A stretch of DNA of 64,000 bases from Okamejei kenojei (Eukaryota), in the NCBI GenBank assembly GCA_035221665.1, contig CM069162.1:6634001-6698000 (forward strand), in the 5' to 3' direction. The notes beneath the pieces are model-generated. The model saw only the letters and a list, made by a program, of their open reading frames with translations, was not told the origin of the DNA and searched no databases. Shown here one piece after another: positions 47,801-60,607 of the stretch (the first letter of the stretch is position 1; every line of letters starts with the position of its first letter). The translations under genes were made by a program, and so were the position numbers.

Positions 47801-48427
47801 TCCCACATTTCAAAGACATGCAGGTTTCCAGGTTAATTGGCCTCCATAAAATTGGGCTTAATGTACAGGTGATCGCTGGTCTTCCACACTGTACAAGTAA
47901 AGATCAAAAAAATGCCACAAACATATCTGCTTCAATCACCTCCCGGGAGCCAGTTCCACGCATTCACCGCCCTCCGTGTAAAAGAACCACCTAAAGATCC
48001 ACCCCCACCTCCGGCATTCCAGAGAAAACAGTCCAAGTCTGTCCAACCCCCTCCCTGTAACTCCTACCCCCCCATTGCAGACATCAATCTGGTGAACCTC
48101 TTCTGCACCCTCTCCAAATCCTCCACATCATCAAGAGTCAAGAGTGTTTTATTGTCGTGTGGCCTGAAACGGAACAATGAAATCCTTCCTGTATTGGGCC
48201 GAGCAGAACTGCACCCAAATCTCCAAATACAGTCCGATACAGCTGCAAGCTCTATAGGACTAGAAAGCCCCGCAAAGAGTATCTAGGATGAACCAGGTTA
48301 CCCGTGTGACCACTATAGCTGGGTTCCAGCAATAAAGGAAATGCAGGGACAATCATTTAATGAGGTTATTCTCCATTATGTGAAACACTGTCAAGCGACA
48401 CGTTAGACACAATTAGACAAGGGGTTA

Positions 48428-48885
48428 AGTCATAGAATCGTAGAGTGATACAGTGTGGAAACAGGCCTTTCGAACCAACTTGCCCACAACGGCCAACATG
48501 TCCCAGCTACACTAGTCCCACCTGCCTGCGTTTGACCCATATCCCTCCAAACCTGTCCTATCCATGTACCTGTCTAATTGTTTCTTAAACATTGCAATAG
48601 TCCCGGACTCAACTGCCTCCTCTGGCAGCTTGTTCCATACACCCACCACCCTTTGTGTGAAAAAGTTACTCCTAAGATTCCTATTAAATCTTTTTCCCTT
48701 CACCTTAAGCCTTTGTCCTTTGGTCCTCCATTCCCTTACACTGGGCAAGAGACTGTGCATCTACCCAATCTACTCCTCTCATGATTTTATACACTCATCC
48801 TCCTGCGCTCCAGGGAATAGAGTCCCAGCCTGCTCGACCTCTCCCTAGAACTCAGACCCCCGAGTCCTGGCTACATCCTCGTAAG
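48428..48885 (-). mobile_element. CR1 LINE 3' end
   Basis: KVKGKRFNRNLRSNFFTQRVVGVWNKLPEEAVESGTIAMFKKQLDRYMD. Confidence 0.85.
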
Positions 48886-49576
48886 TGTTTAAACTCTTCG
48901 ACCTACTGAAGACCCTTTGGCAGTGACTTCCACAGAGACGTCTCCAGACACAGCCCAGTTGTGGCTGTTTAGAGCCTTTGCTTCCTCGAGACCCACTCGC
49001 TTTCCGAGTGTTTACAGCTAATCCTACATTTTCTCCGCAGAAAACCCAGCAGCCGTCGTTAAAATGATATATGGGTGCTCGTGATATTGAACAAAAAAAT
49101 GCCTGTGAACTATTCACTTTGACAATGTTCAAACAGTTCAAAAATGCTATTGTAATTGTGCTCCCTATATGGAAGTACAATGCTGGTTATATCGACTCGA
49201 GGCTGGGATCAAGTCAGGCAGAGTACAAGACATTACCCATGACTGAGACGTCTTACAGAAGGAATCTAATACTTATGCTGATGAGTTTTTGCTTTGCTGG
49301 TTGTACTGTCCCACATTTGTAGGTAGGATCAGCACGCTGGAAATAGCGGTGGGGTTATTTTTTGGGTAAATGGTCAACTTGCCGTTGTGTTGTGTTTAAG
49401 AGTTTCGGAAAGGTGGTGGGAACGCCTCAGTGGTTGAGTGGTCCTTCATTGTCACACATGCACAGCTCAGTGGGATCCCACAAACGCACAGTCGCCATCT
49501 TATAGCGCCGTTCCCAACCTGTGTAAATGAGGCACGTTTTTCTGGGGCTGCTTCCCGGGGCTGGTGCATCTTGTGG

Positions 49577-49968
49577 GGCGGTGGCACAGCGGTAGAGTTG
49601 CTACCTCACTGTGCCGCGAGACCCCGCTCGGTCTCTGCTACGTGTGCTGTCTGTACGGAGTTTGTACGTTCTCCCCAACCCCGCCTGGGTTTTCTCCGGG
49701 TTTAGTTTAGTTTAGTTTGGAGATACTGCGCAGAAGCAGGCCCTTCGGTCCACCGGGTCGGTGTCGACCGGTGATCCCCGCGCACCAACACTATCCTACA
49801 CACACCAGGAACTGTTTACACATACACAGGTTTGCAGCTTAATTGGCTTGGTCAAATTGTAAATTGTCCCTAACGTGTGTAGGATAGTGTTACTGTGGCA
49901 GGGATCGCCGGTCGGCATGGACTCGGTGGGCCGAAGGGCCTGTTTCCGCGCTGAATCACGAAACTAAG
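49577..49968 (+). mobile_element. HE1-like V-SINE with an inverted SINE 3' end inside (49701-49815)
   Basis: Plus head and V-domain, minus tail, plus tail. Confidence 0.75.
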
Positions 49969-50664
49969 CTAGAGAGGGCAGGTGGGACTGGTGTAGATGG
50001 GGAGTCTTCATCAGCACGGGCAAGTTGGGCCGAAGGGCCTGTTTCCATGCTGTTTGTCTCTATGAGTCCAATTCCCATTGCTCTTGGCCCTGGCACTGCC
50101 CATGTGCGTTCTAAATAAATTAAACCTCACCTCGGTAAACACAATTATTGGACCAGCTGAAGGAAAAGTAGCTCAATGCTGAAAAGCCTTTTGACTTATA
50201 AAGTATTCATTGTCTCCTAGTAACAGGCTATAGTTTATCATTTCACCTGAAATTACAATGGAAACTGATACCTTATCACTGGGCCACAGAGAAGGAGACA
50301 CCAACTGAAAGGCTGGAATGCGTATTTTTACCATAACAGCCTGAATCTCAAATTTCAAACGAAGTATGAATAGAAAGCTTGTTTTATTATCAAAGCAACA
50401 TTAGGTCTGAAATTGCTGCAGTTGATAAAAATCACAGATACTATACAATCAATGCAATAAACATAATTGGCTTCAGATATTTAAGGCTGCAATGACTCCA
50501 GCTATCTGCCCCACTTACAACTGCAATGCTTCCCGCATATATTGTCAACTAAATGGAGTGAACCAGGCCTGGTGAAATGGAAATTAGATAAATATTTGAA
50601 CACCGGCAGTAATAATCACCCATCAATTTGATCGTAGCTGATCTTCCCCCGAACCTTGTGCCCT

Positions 50665-50945
50665 ATTTAGTTCAGCGTGTAATCGTGCCCTTTGGCCCGC
50701 TCAGTGCACGCCGACCACCGATCACCCGCTCACACTAGTTCTATGTTATTCCACCTTCTCATCCAGTGCCTGCAAACTAGCGGCAATTTACAGAGGCCAG
50801 TTAACCTACAAACCCGCACGTCTTTGGGATGTGGGAGGAAACCGGAGCGCCTGGATGAAACCCACGCGGCCACAGGGAGAACCTGCGAACTCCACACAGA
50901 CAGGCACCCGAGGTCAGGATCGAACCTGGGTCCCTGGCGTTGAGA
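50665..50945 (-). mobile_element. HE1-like V-SINE
   Basis: V-domain and B-box on minus strand. Confidence 0.75.
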
Positions 50946-51029
50946 GCTGCCCCACTCAGCCACCCAGACTAGTTTGTGCTCTCCTATCACTGCTCGTTCA
51001 AAAACCCGACCTCTCTTTTAAACACCGTG

Positions 51030-51190
51030 GGGGCAGCACAGTGGCGCAGCAGTAGTTGCTGTCGTACAGCGCCAGAGTCCCGGGTTCGATGCTGACTACA
51101 GGTGCTGTCTGTACGGAGCTTGTACCTTCTCCCCATGACCGTGTGACTTTTCTCCGGGTGCGTCGGGTTCCTCCCACACTCCAAAGACGC
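51030..51190 (+). mobile_element. HE1-like V-SINE 5' half
   Basis: Head and V-domain. Confidence 0.75.
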
Positions 51191-51339
51191 TGACCGCTGA
51201 AGAATCCCGACCAAAGAAGTGTCCCGACCCATGTTCTCCAGAGATGCTGCCCGACTTCCTGAGTTACTGCAGCACTTTGCGTCTCTTGCATCTGCAGTTC
51301 CTTGTGTCTACTCGGGTGACAAGAAGGCAGCTAATGGTC

Positions 51340-51690
51340 ATCACCACCCTGGCCACGCTCTCATCTCACTGCCACCATCATCAAGAGGATGCAGGAGCCT
51401 GCGGACCATCTCCAGGTTGAAGACTAGCTTCTTCCTATCAACTGTCACGCTCCTGAACAACCCTAACTACAGCCCTACCTCAGCACCAAACTACTATGGA
51501 CTTTTTCTGTGGAGGTTACACTGGCCACTTTGGCTTGCAGTGTTATGGCTTGGTTACCTACTGTAGGTCAAGCTGATAATTACAGCATTATTGCTAATCG
51601 TATATTGATTGCTGTTTAATGTGACCATAAAGCTGCAATAGGTAAAGGTTTCATTGTTCTGGTCCCAGTGCATATGAGAATTAAACACTC
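51340..51690 (+). mobile_element. Rex1/Babar LINE 3' end (old)
   Basis: HHPGHALISLPPSSRGCRSLRTISRLKTSFFLSTVTLLN. Confidence 0.65.
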
Positions 51691-53877
51691 TCCACCCTTG
51701 AACTATAAAGCCATCCAGTTCAGGGAAGAGAATCGACCGTCCTCACCCTATCTGACCTCTACGTGACTCCTGATCCTCCAGAGTTGACATTGCCTGTTCT
51801 GCCTTGGGGCAATTAGGGAAGGACATTCATTACTACTGAAGATAGACACAAAAATGCTGGGGTAACTCAGCGGGACAGGCAGCATCTCTGGAGAGAGGGA
51901 ATGGTGGACCCTTCTTCAGACTAATTACTACCAGAAACATAGATAGAAACATAGAAACGTAGAAAATAGGTGCAGGAGGAGGCCATTCGGCCCTTCGAGC
52001 CAGCACCACCATTCATTGTGATCATGGCTGATCGTCCCCTATCAATAATCAATAACTACAACTACTGCATAGCTATAAGTATGGTCCATAAACAGGTGGG
52101 AGCAGTGACTAGTAGCTTGTGTTCATTCATGGAATCTGGTCATCGTTGCCCAGGGCGATTGGTGTTCCAGGGGCAAGGCCCATCTCTAAAGGTCATGAGC
52201 GGCCATCTTGATCCTCTGCAGTTCATGAGGTGAGGGTTAGATTGGGAAGTGTGTGATTTTGGCAAATAAACAACAAGGGGATGGACTTTGCCCGCCTGTG
52301 ACATCCACATCCATTGAATGAGGAAATTCTCTCTCATCTCTCCTGTGGGAATTCCAACCCACGGCCTACTGGTGCGGGTGGATGGTGGTGAGGCAGTCCA
52401 TGAGTGGAATTACCACCTTCCCCCTTTAACTGCACGTGTTTCTCGAGGGTGCTCTGGTTTCCTAGCACGTCCCTTGTACATGGAAGGTTAATTGACCATT
52501 ATAGATAGTCCAGGGTGTAGAGATGAGTGGTAGAATCAGATGAGGAGTTGAAGGAAAGGTGTGGTGACAAAATGGGATTAGTGCAAGATAGTGTAAGTGG
52601 AGGCACCTACTTAACGAGGGCACATACCACCAGACTCAGGAACACCTCTGTTACCACACTACTGAATTCTCCTCCATTAAGTAAGTGGATAGCTCCAATC
52701 TTCCAACCTACCTTCATTACAGCCACTGCACTTTTCCCTGCAACTGTTTTGCTGCAATACTGTAAAGCTATACTCTGCACTCTGGTATTTTCTCTCTGCA
52801 CCTGTGATAGTTGTCATTATATTCTTGGATAGTACAATCTGATTTAAGAAGCAAAAACGCAAACAAAAGCTTTTCACGGTGCCTGAGGAGAAGTGACACT
52901 AATAAACCAATATGGTATGAGCCTGTCAGCCACAGGTACCAGTGCAAGTGGGGATGTTGATTTACCAGTATGGGTAGTGGGTGTATGGAATGAGCTGCCG
53001 GAGGAGTAGTTGAGGCAGACACCATTGCAACGTTTCCACAGATTCACCATCCTCGGGTCTTCAACTCCCACTACTGGAAGCATCCTCCCCACATCCACCA
53101 TTCTTACCATTACAAGTCACAAGGCCTTCCCATTCTAACCACTCTATCTAGGTAATGCCATCGCATGTCGAGGGGAAGGGGCTGGGGATAACATTCGCTG
53201 GCACTTGCAAGGTATTAATGCCACTTTCCGCTTAAAAATTGGAGCCTGAATGTTGCCCAGGCCCCTACATGCACGATCGCTGAGAGAAAGACAGATTGGA
53301 GGCTGGTGGAAGGCTGGTGGAGGCTGGTGGAGGCTGGTGGACAGATCAGCTGCCAAGGTCTGATGGGACGTGAGACACCATGGGTAAGGATTTCAACGTC
53401 GATTTAGCCAAATCCATCCACGTGGCTAATGGAGTATTTGCCAAGATCCGAGAGATATCTTTTATTTGCGGTGGGGGCGGTGGAGGAGGGGGGGGGGGGA
53501 GAGGGGGGTTGCGGGAGAGAGCAGGGAATGTTTTATAACGAGAGCGGGGTGTCTGAACACAGTGGGTTGTGTGTGGGGCTTGAGCAGGGCTGTCGACAGT
53601 GTCTTGTACTCAGCTGCCGGCCTGCTATCTCCTGGTAATTTACTGCAAATATCGCTGCTGTTTCAAAATTTCATGGGGGTGGCAGTTTGAATGTGACATT
53701 CTGTATGGCTGGGTCAGGCACAGGATGGCTCGCAGTATAATTACAGCCCGTAAACTTGCAAATCCACCACACAGCTGCTTGCACATATCACCAGCAACAG
53801 ATTGCAAACTATTTTGCTCTTCGCTCCTTGACTCAATTTCCAAAAAATAAAGGCGTAGAGGACATCACCGGGTGTTG

Positions 53878-54115
53878 TCTCCACACTTCTCCCCACACTC
53901 CCCACACTCCCCACCCCCCCACTCCTCCCCCACACTCCCCACCCCTCCCCCCGCTCCCCATCCATCCCCACCCCTCACCCACCCCTCCTCCACTCCTCCC
54001 CACACTCCCCACCCCTCACCCACGCCTTCTCCACCCCTCTTGCATTCCTCCCCACCCCCCCCCTCACCCACGGCCTCACCCCCCCCCCCCCCCACCCTCA
54101 TCCCACCCCACTCCG
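53878..54115. repeat. C-rich low-complexity tract (G4-prone on minus strand)
   Basis: Imperfect ctccccaca repeats and many C3+ runs. Confidence 0.85.
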
Positions 54116-54837
54116 CTGAACTTTGACCCCCGTGCCACCTACCAATTTCCACAACATGGCTCCTGGGCCTAACCTTCAGGCCTCTGCCTGACAAATCTCC
54201 GACACGCTGATTTCTGCACGTTTGTTCCCAGGACCATCCCACAACGAAAGCCACCATTTTAGCTGCTAATTGCATTTTATTTACATCCTAATTATCGAGC
54301 CAGTAGATCACCTACCTTTTCATTTTAAAAGAGGGTCGGCAGAGTGGCACAGCAGTAGAGTTGCTGCCTTACAACGCCAGACACCTGGGTTTGATCCTGA
54401 CTGATGTGCCCTAGGCTTCACCTCACGCGTACACTAGCACTATGCTACGCACTGGGGATCATTTACAATCTTTACCAAAGCAAATTAACCTACAAACCTG
54501 TCCGTCTTTGAAATGTGGAAGGATACTGGAGCACCCCGAGAAAACCCACATAGGTCACAGGGAGAACATGCGAGCTCCGTGCAGACAGCATCCGTGCCAC
54601 TGAGCCGAATGCTTCTTTTCAGTAAATATCCGAAATGCTACTGAGGAGTCATCTGGGAGGGAATAAGGAGATGGCACTAATCTCCGAGGTGGTTCTCAGT
54701 GGTGTGAGGGTGCTTTGTCCCCCCCCCACCCCAGGCTTTCACCCGCTCTTTGGCCAGTCAATGGGACTCGGATGCATGGTCTGGAGCTAACGTGGTCGCC
54801 AGCTCTTACACCGCTGCACAAGGGAAAGGGACCTCAC

Positions 54838-55126
54838 ACACACACTTCCAGATTCAGGGACATTTTCTTCTCAGATGTTATCAGGCAACTGAACCATCCT
54901 ACCACAAGCAGAGAGCAGTGCTGAACTACTATCTACCTCACTGGTGACCCTCAGACAATCCTTGATCAGACTTTACCGGCTCTGGCTTGCACCAAACGCT
55001 ATTCCCTTTTCATGTATCTGTGTTAATGGCTCGATTGTAATCGTGTATTGTGTATCTGCTGAGTGGGTAGCACACGACACTGTACCTCAGTACACATGAC
55101 AATAGACCGATCTTAACTGAACTGAA
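54838..55126 (+). mobile_element. Rex1/Babar LINE 3' end
   Basis: THTSRFRDIFFSDVIRQLNHP and shared 3'UTR. Confidence 0.75.
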
Positions 55127-55136
55127 GTGTTTAGTG

Positions 55137-55570
55137 ATTGAAAAGGCTAGGCTTGTATTCTGTAGACTGGAGTTTAGAAGGATGGGGGAACCTTATAGAA
55201 ACATATACAATTATAAAAGGACTGGACAAGCTAGATGCAGGAAAAATGTTCCCAATGTTGGGCGAGTCCAGAACCAGGGGCCACAGTCTTAGAATAAAGG
55301 GGAGGCCATTTAAGACTGAGATGAGAAAAAACTTTTTCACCCAGAGAGTTGTGAATTTGTGGAATTCCCTGCCACAGAGGGCAGTGGAGGCCAAATCACT
55401 GGATGGATTTAAGAGAGTTAGATAGAGCCTAAGGGCTAGTGGAATCAAGGGATATGGGGTGAAGGCAGGCACGGGTTATTGATTGGGGACGATCAGCCCA
55501 TGATCATATTGAATGGCGGTGCTGGCTCGAAGGGCCGAATGGCCTCCTCCTGCACCTATTTTCTATGTTC
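55137..55570 (+). mobile_element. CR1 LINE 3' end (young)
   Basis: LIETYTIIKGLDKLDAGKMFPMLGESRTRGHSLRIKGRPFKTEMRKNFFTQRVVNLWNSLPQ. Confidence 0.85.
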
Positions 55571-56189
55571 TGTGTGATCGGCAGCTCACCAGCCCCTGAT
55601 CCCACACCAGGTGATTAATTCTGCTGCCGTGGAAATGTTCCGGCCCAGAGTTAGACGGCGAGCGGTGGACTGCGGGCAGGGACACGGAGCAAACAGCTCG
55701 TTTCTCACAGTTTCTCCATTTATAGCAACCGAGAAAAGGACTGTCTCCTTATAAGGTCCCAGAACATGTTTTACATTTGTTTCCGGGGATGGGCTGGATC
55801 AACCAGCTCTCACATCTCCGGCAGTTTACCTTACACTGGAAGGCTGCCCCGTTTCCCTTCCGTGGCCTGGGCCAGTGTGCAGTGTGTAGGCCGCTGTCGC
55901 ATCCTCACCGTCAAACCTATCGTCGCGAGGAGTCCGGCATTTTGACTTGGACGCTGTTACTCTGCACTAGTAATTTTAATTGTAATTTTTTTTTAAATTT
56001 TAACCATGAGCAAACAATTCATCCTGTCATTCCCCACACATTGTCTCATTCCAGGACCTTCATGGTGCTTTTTTGAAAACGACATTTCGATCAGCTCGTT
56101 CGCTGCTGAGTTCCAGGTCACTGCAGTTTGCAGCATTATTCCGTTTTTCCTCATGGCTTCTTTTGGTTTAGTGTTGGGCTAGAGCGTGG

Positions 56190-56495
56190 TTTCGTTTAGA
56201 GATACAGGCCCTTCAGCCCATCGATCACCCGTTCTATTCACACTAGTTCTATGCTAACCCACCTTCACATCCGCTCCCGACACACGAGGGGGCAATTTAC
56301 GGAATCCAAATTAACCTACAAACCTGCACGTCTTTGGGATGTGGGAGGAAAACCAAAGCTCCCGGAGGAAACCCATATGGTCACGGGGAGAACGTGCAAA
56401 CTCCACACACACACACACACACACACACACTGACAGACAGCACCCGAGGTCAGGATTGAACCTGGGTCTCTGGCGCTGTGAGGCAGCAGCTCTAC
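56190..56495 (-). mobile_element. HE1-like V-SINE with internal (CA)n expansion at 56404-56430
   Basis: Head, V-domain, tail. Confidence 0.8.
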
Positions 56496-57227
56496 CATCT
56501 AAAGTCCATCTTGTGATTGCTTTTAAAAGCCCATTCTCCACCACCATCCTTAACTCAGTCCCACCACAGCGTAACTACAGGCTACACCTACAGCCTCCCC
56601 CAGTTTGCGTTTCGGGTGCCTCTTTCCCGAGAGGCTCCCCTCTCACAAGCCACGAACCCTCAGCTGACAAACGTGCTCCAGAGAAGGCTCACAGTGTAGG
56701 CATCGCTGCTCGGACGACGTTCCTGCCCCTCGCTCCTGTAACCCAGTTCATCCTTAAATTACAGCGTTGCTTTACTGATTTATTTTCCTGCTTGTCTTTG
56801 GCCAGGAGAAAATGGCGTTAATTTTTTTATTACCTGTTTGATAGCGCTGGCTTATTATTCTACCCCCTTAATGTTCCCTGTAGCCTTGGTAACCAAATGA
56901 ATCAACGGCCGCAAGAAAATGAGATGATTAAACAGGTCACCCCTGGAAAACAAATTTGCTTTGGTGAGCACAATTTGTGTATTTAGCTTTGGCTGCTACA
57001 GTTTACTAACAGGTCTACTGTTTCCAAAGGGCAGGGGGCAATTAACCCCACCCTTTGGGGGTCCGTATCCTCCCTCCGACTTCTGATTTACTTTGAAGTG
57101 AAAGTCAAACGAGAATGTGGTTTACTCTGCAAATGACGCAAGGGGTTTTGTTTTGCTGTGAGACTGCCTCCTGACAGGTCTGCCGTGATCACACAAGGCG
57201 TGCGTGCGACCTTGAATAAGCACCGAT

Positions 57228-57548
57228 AAGGTCATAAGTCATAGGAGCACAAATAGGCCGTTCGGCCCATCAAGTCTACTCCGCCATTCAATCATGGCTG
57301 GTCTATCAACCCCATTCTCCGGCCGTCTCCCCACAATCCCTGGCATCTGTACTAATCAAGAATCTATCTATCTCTGCCTTAAAAATATCAACTGACTTGG
57401 CCTCCACAGCCTTCTGTGGCAATGAATCCCACAGATTCACCACCCTCTGACAAAATAAATGTGTCCTCATCTCCTTCCTAAAGGAACGTCCTTTAATTCT
57501 GAGGTTATGATCTCTGGTTCTAGACTCTCCTACTAGTGGATGCATCCT
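57228..57548 (-). mobile_element. CR1 LINE 3' end
   Basis: HPLVGESRTRDHNLRIKGRSFRKEMRTHLFCQRVVNLWDSLPQ. Confidence 0.8.
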
Positions 57549-58040
57549 AACATAGAAACATAGAAAATTGTTGCAAGAGGAGGCCATTTGGCCCTTCGAG
57601 CCAGCACCACCATTCATTGTGATCATGGCTGATCATTCCCTATCAATAACCCGTGCCTGCCTTCTCCCCATATCCCTTGATTCCACTATCCCCTAGAGCT
57701 CTATCTATTTCTCTCTTAAATCCATCCAGTGATTTGGCCTCCACTGCCCTCTGTGGCAGGGAATTCCATAAATTCACAACTCTCTGGGTGAAAACGTTTT
57801 TTCTCACCTCAGTCTTAAATGACCTCCCCTTTATTCTAAGACTGTGGCCCCTGGTTCTGCACTCGCCCAACATTGGGAAAATTTTTCCTGCATCTAGCTT
57901 GTCCAGTTCTTTTTATAATTGTATATGTTTCTATAAGATCCCCCTTCATCCTTCTAAACTCCAGTGAATACAAGCATAGTCTTTTCAATCTTTCCTCATA
58001 TGACAGTCCCGCCATCCCAGGGATCAATCTCGTGAACCTA
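57549..58040 (-). mobile_element. CR1 LINE 3' end (young)
   Basis: IPGMAGLSYEERLKRLCLYSLEFRRMKGDLIETY...; (catagaaa)n tail. Confidence 0.85.
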
Positions 58041-58317
58041 CGTGAATCTCGTGAATCCTCTCCACAACAGGCTTATTTATCCCAGTGGGGTCTTTGCAAA
58101 ATTCTGAGTCGGTTCCCTCAGTTAGTCCACTGTAACATTAGTAATTGTTGGCGACTTTTGACCATCGACTTTGGTGCCTTTCGTAGAAAGTGATAAATTA
58201 TTTTCAAGTCTACAAGGTTCCTGCAGAATCAACGTTAACCTTGAACCCTGGATAGACACAAAACGGGTGGAGTAACTCAGCAGGTCAGGCATCATCTCTG
58301 GAGCAAAGGAATAGGCG

Positions 58318-58503
58318 GGGGAGGCTGGTTCTCTGGATACTTTCAAGAGAGAGCTAGATAGGGCTCTTAAAAATAGCGGAGTCAGGGGCTATGGGGAGAA
58401 GGCAGGAACGGGGTACTGATTGGGGATGATCAGATATGATCATATTGAATGGCGGTGCTGGCTTGAAGGGCCGAATGGCCTACTGCTACACCTATCGTCT
58501 ATT
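58318..58503 (+). mobile_element. CR1 LINE 3' end
   Basis: FKRELDRAL..GVRGYGEKAG and 3'UTR. Confidence 0.75.
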
Positions 58504-59177
58504 GAATATTGACAGGACTCCATCAGGTTGCGTTACACTTTGGTCCTTCCCACCAGGATGGCGTGCTGTCCAAACGATTCCCCACTCTGTCGGACGATTG
58601 AATTTTGTGTCCCTGCCCTGTGGCGCTGTGTTGCGCACCGGCCCCAGTCCCCACACATCCATCCCTCCACGCTGCCGACATGGAGGACACTTTCTCCTCC
58701 CCTCGTATTAAAGCGATTTCCCCGCAATCGCGCTGAAGCCTCGCTGAGTAAATACTCGAGCCGGAGAGTTCTGCCCTGACCTTCAGGAAAGCCAGCTCTT
58801 TAGCAGAGAGAGATGATAACAAAAATACACAAGCCTGTAAACGGATTATATTAAAAAAAAGTGTGTGAAAGCTGGAAGCGGGTTGGTTATGGCGAGGAGA
58901 AGCACATTTAAAGCCTGTAGCCGTTTGGCTTGGCACTTGGGGATGGGGGTCACAAGGTCACAGCTCTCGTTTGTCCAAGGTCACCGACAATGACGCAGTT
59001 TATTATCACATTGATTAAAGACCTTTGTCCACAGTCTGGAGTTATTCAAATATTTGGGCACTCACTCCGAAATACTTGAGAAACAAGATTCAAATACAGC
59101 TAGATCTGGGATTGAAGTGGTATCAGTAAATATTCCCCAGGTGCCCACCTCCAACATAAGCCACTACTCCATTTATA

Positions 59178-59705
59178 CAGTCATAGAGTGATACAACGTG
59201 TAAACAGGCCCTTCGGCCCAACTTGCCCACACTGGCCAACATGTCCCATCTACACTACAGCCACCTGCCTGCGTTTGGCCCATATTTTTCTAAACTTCCC
59301 ATGTTCTATCCATGTACCCGTCTAATTGCTTCTTATTCATTGCGCTATAGTCCCCCTGCCTCAACTACCTCCTCCGGCAACTCGTTCCATCCACCCTCCA
59401 CTTTTTGTGTGAAAAAGCTAACCCTCAGATTCTAATAAAATCATCCCCCGCTCACCTTAAACCTCTGCCCTCTGGTTCTCGGTTCTCTTACTCTGGGCAA
59501 GAGACTCTGTGGGTTTCTTGATTTTGTATTCCTCTATAAGGTAACCCCTCAGTCTCCTGCGCTCTAGGGAATGCTCCCAGTCTGCTCAACCTCTCCCTAT
59601 AGTTCAGACCGTCGAGTCCTGGTGACATCCTTGTAGATTTTCTCTACACCCTTTCAACTTAATAACATCTAACATGGTGCACAGAAGTGAACGCAATACT
59701 CTAAT
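59178..59705 (-). mobile_element. CR1 LINE 3' end
   Basis: Minus-strand ORF2 C-terminus; tail aaacaggcccttcggccc. Confidence 0.8.
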
Positions 59706-59709
59706 TGCA

Positions 59710-59980
59710 ATGGTAGAGTTCCTGCCTTACAGTGCCAGAGACCTAGGTTCGATCCTGACCACGGGTGCTGTCTGTACGGAGTTTGTACGTTCTCCCATGA
59801 CCGTGTGGGTTTTCTCCGGGTGCTCCGGTTTCCTCCCACGCTCCAAAGGCGGTTAATTGGCTTCGGCGAAAATTGTAAATTGTCCCTCTCGTGTAAGATA
59901 GTGCAAGTGTATGGGGATCGCTGGTTGACAGGGAATCAGTGTTTCTGTGCTGCATCTCTAAACTAAACGGAACTAAACTA
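59710..59980 (+). mobile_element. HE1-like V-SINE
   Basis: Head, V-domain, tail. Confidence 0.8.
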
Positions 59981-60002
59981 AAAAGTCAGTGTGATCAATT
60001 TC

Positions 60003-60300
60003 ACTGGAGGTTGAAATGATTACCATAACTAGAGGTCAATGTTATTGTACTAACATTGTCAAGATTATGTTACTAGCCAGAGAGTAAGGTTGTTTAACTA
60101 ACCCTAGATCAAGGCTATCGGGCTACTAGAGGTCAAGGTTATAGCATTAACCAGACATTGAGGTTATAGCACGAACCACAGTTCAAGATTCCAGTACTAA
60201 ATAGGGATCAAAGTTATGGTGTTAAATGACTGCCAACGTTTCTGTATCGAAACTAGGTATCGAGATTATGGTGCTACCCAGCAGCTCAGATTTTAGTGCT
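60003..60300. repeat. Highly diverged ~25-bp tandem repeat (about 11-12 units)
   Basis: Units such as actagaggtcaaggttatagcatta / accagacattgaggttatagcacga / accacagttcaagattccagtacta. Confidence 0.7.
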
Positions 60301-60329
60301 CATTCAGGTCTGGTGGTTGAGGCAGATAC

Positions 60330-60607
60330 GTTAGTCTTTAGACTTTAGAGAGGCAGCATGGAAGCAGGCCCTTCAGCCCACAAAGTCCATGCCAGCCAGT
60401 GATCACCAGGTGCACTGACCTACACACGCGAGGGACAAGTTTCCAACTTACCAAAGCCTTACGTAGTGGTGTGTGGGAGGAACCCAGAGAAAGCCCACGT
60501 GGTCACAGGGTGAACGCACAAACTCCGTACTGACAGCACCCGCGATCAGGATCGAACCCGGGTCTCTGGCCCCGTAAGGCACTGACCTCTACACCATCGT
60601 GCCGCCC
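60330..60607 (-). mobile_element. HE1-like V-SINE
   Basis: Head, V-domain, tail on minus strand. Confidence 0.75.

Noticed and set aside
53756-54275. Pro/His-rich and Gly-rich ORFs
   Set aside because: They arise from the low-complexity C-rich tract and show no splice or codon signal.
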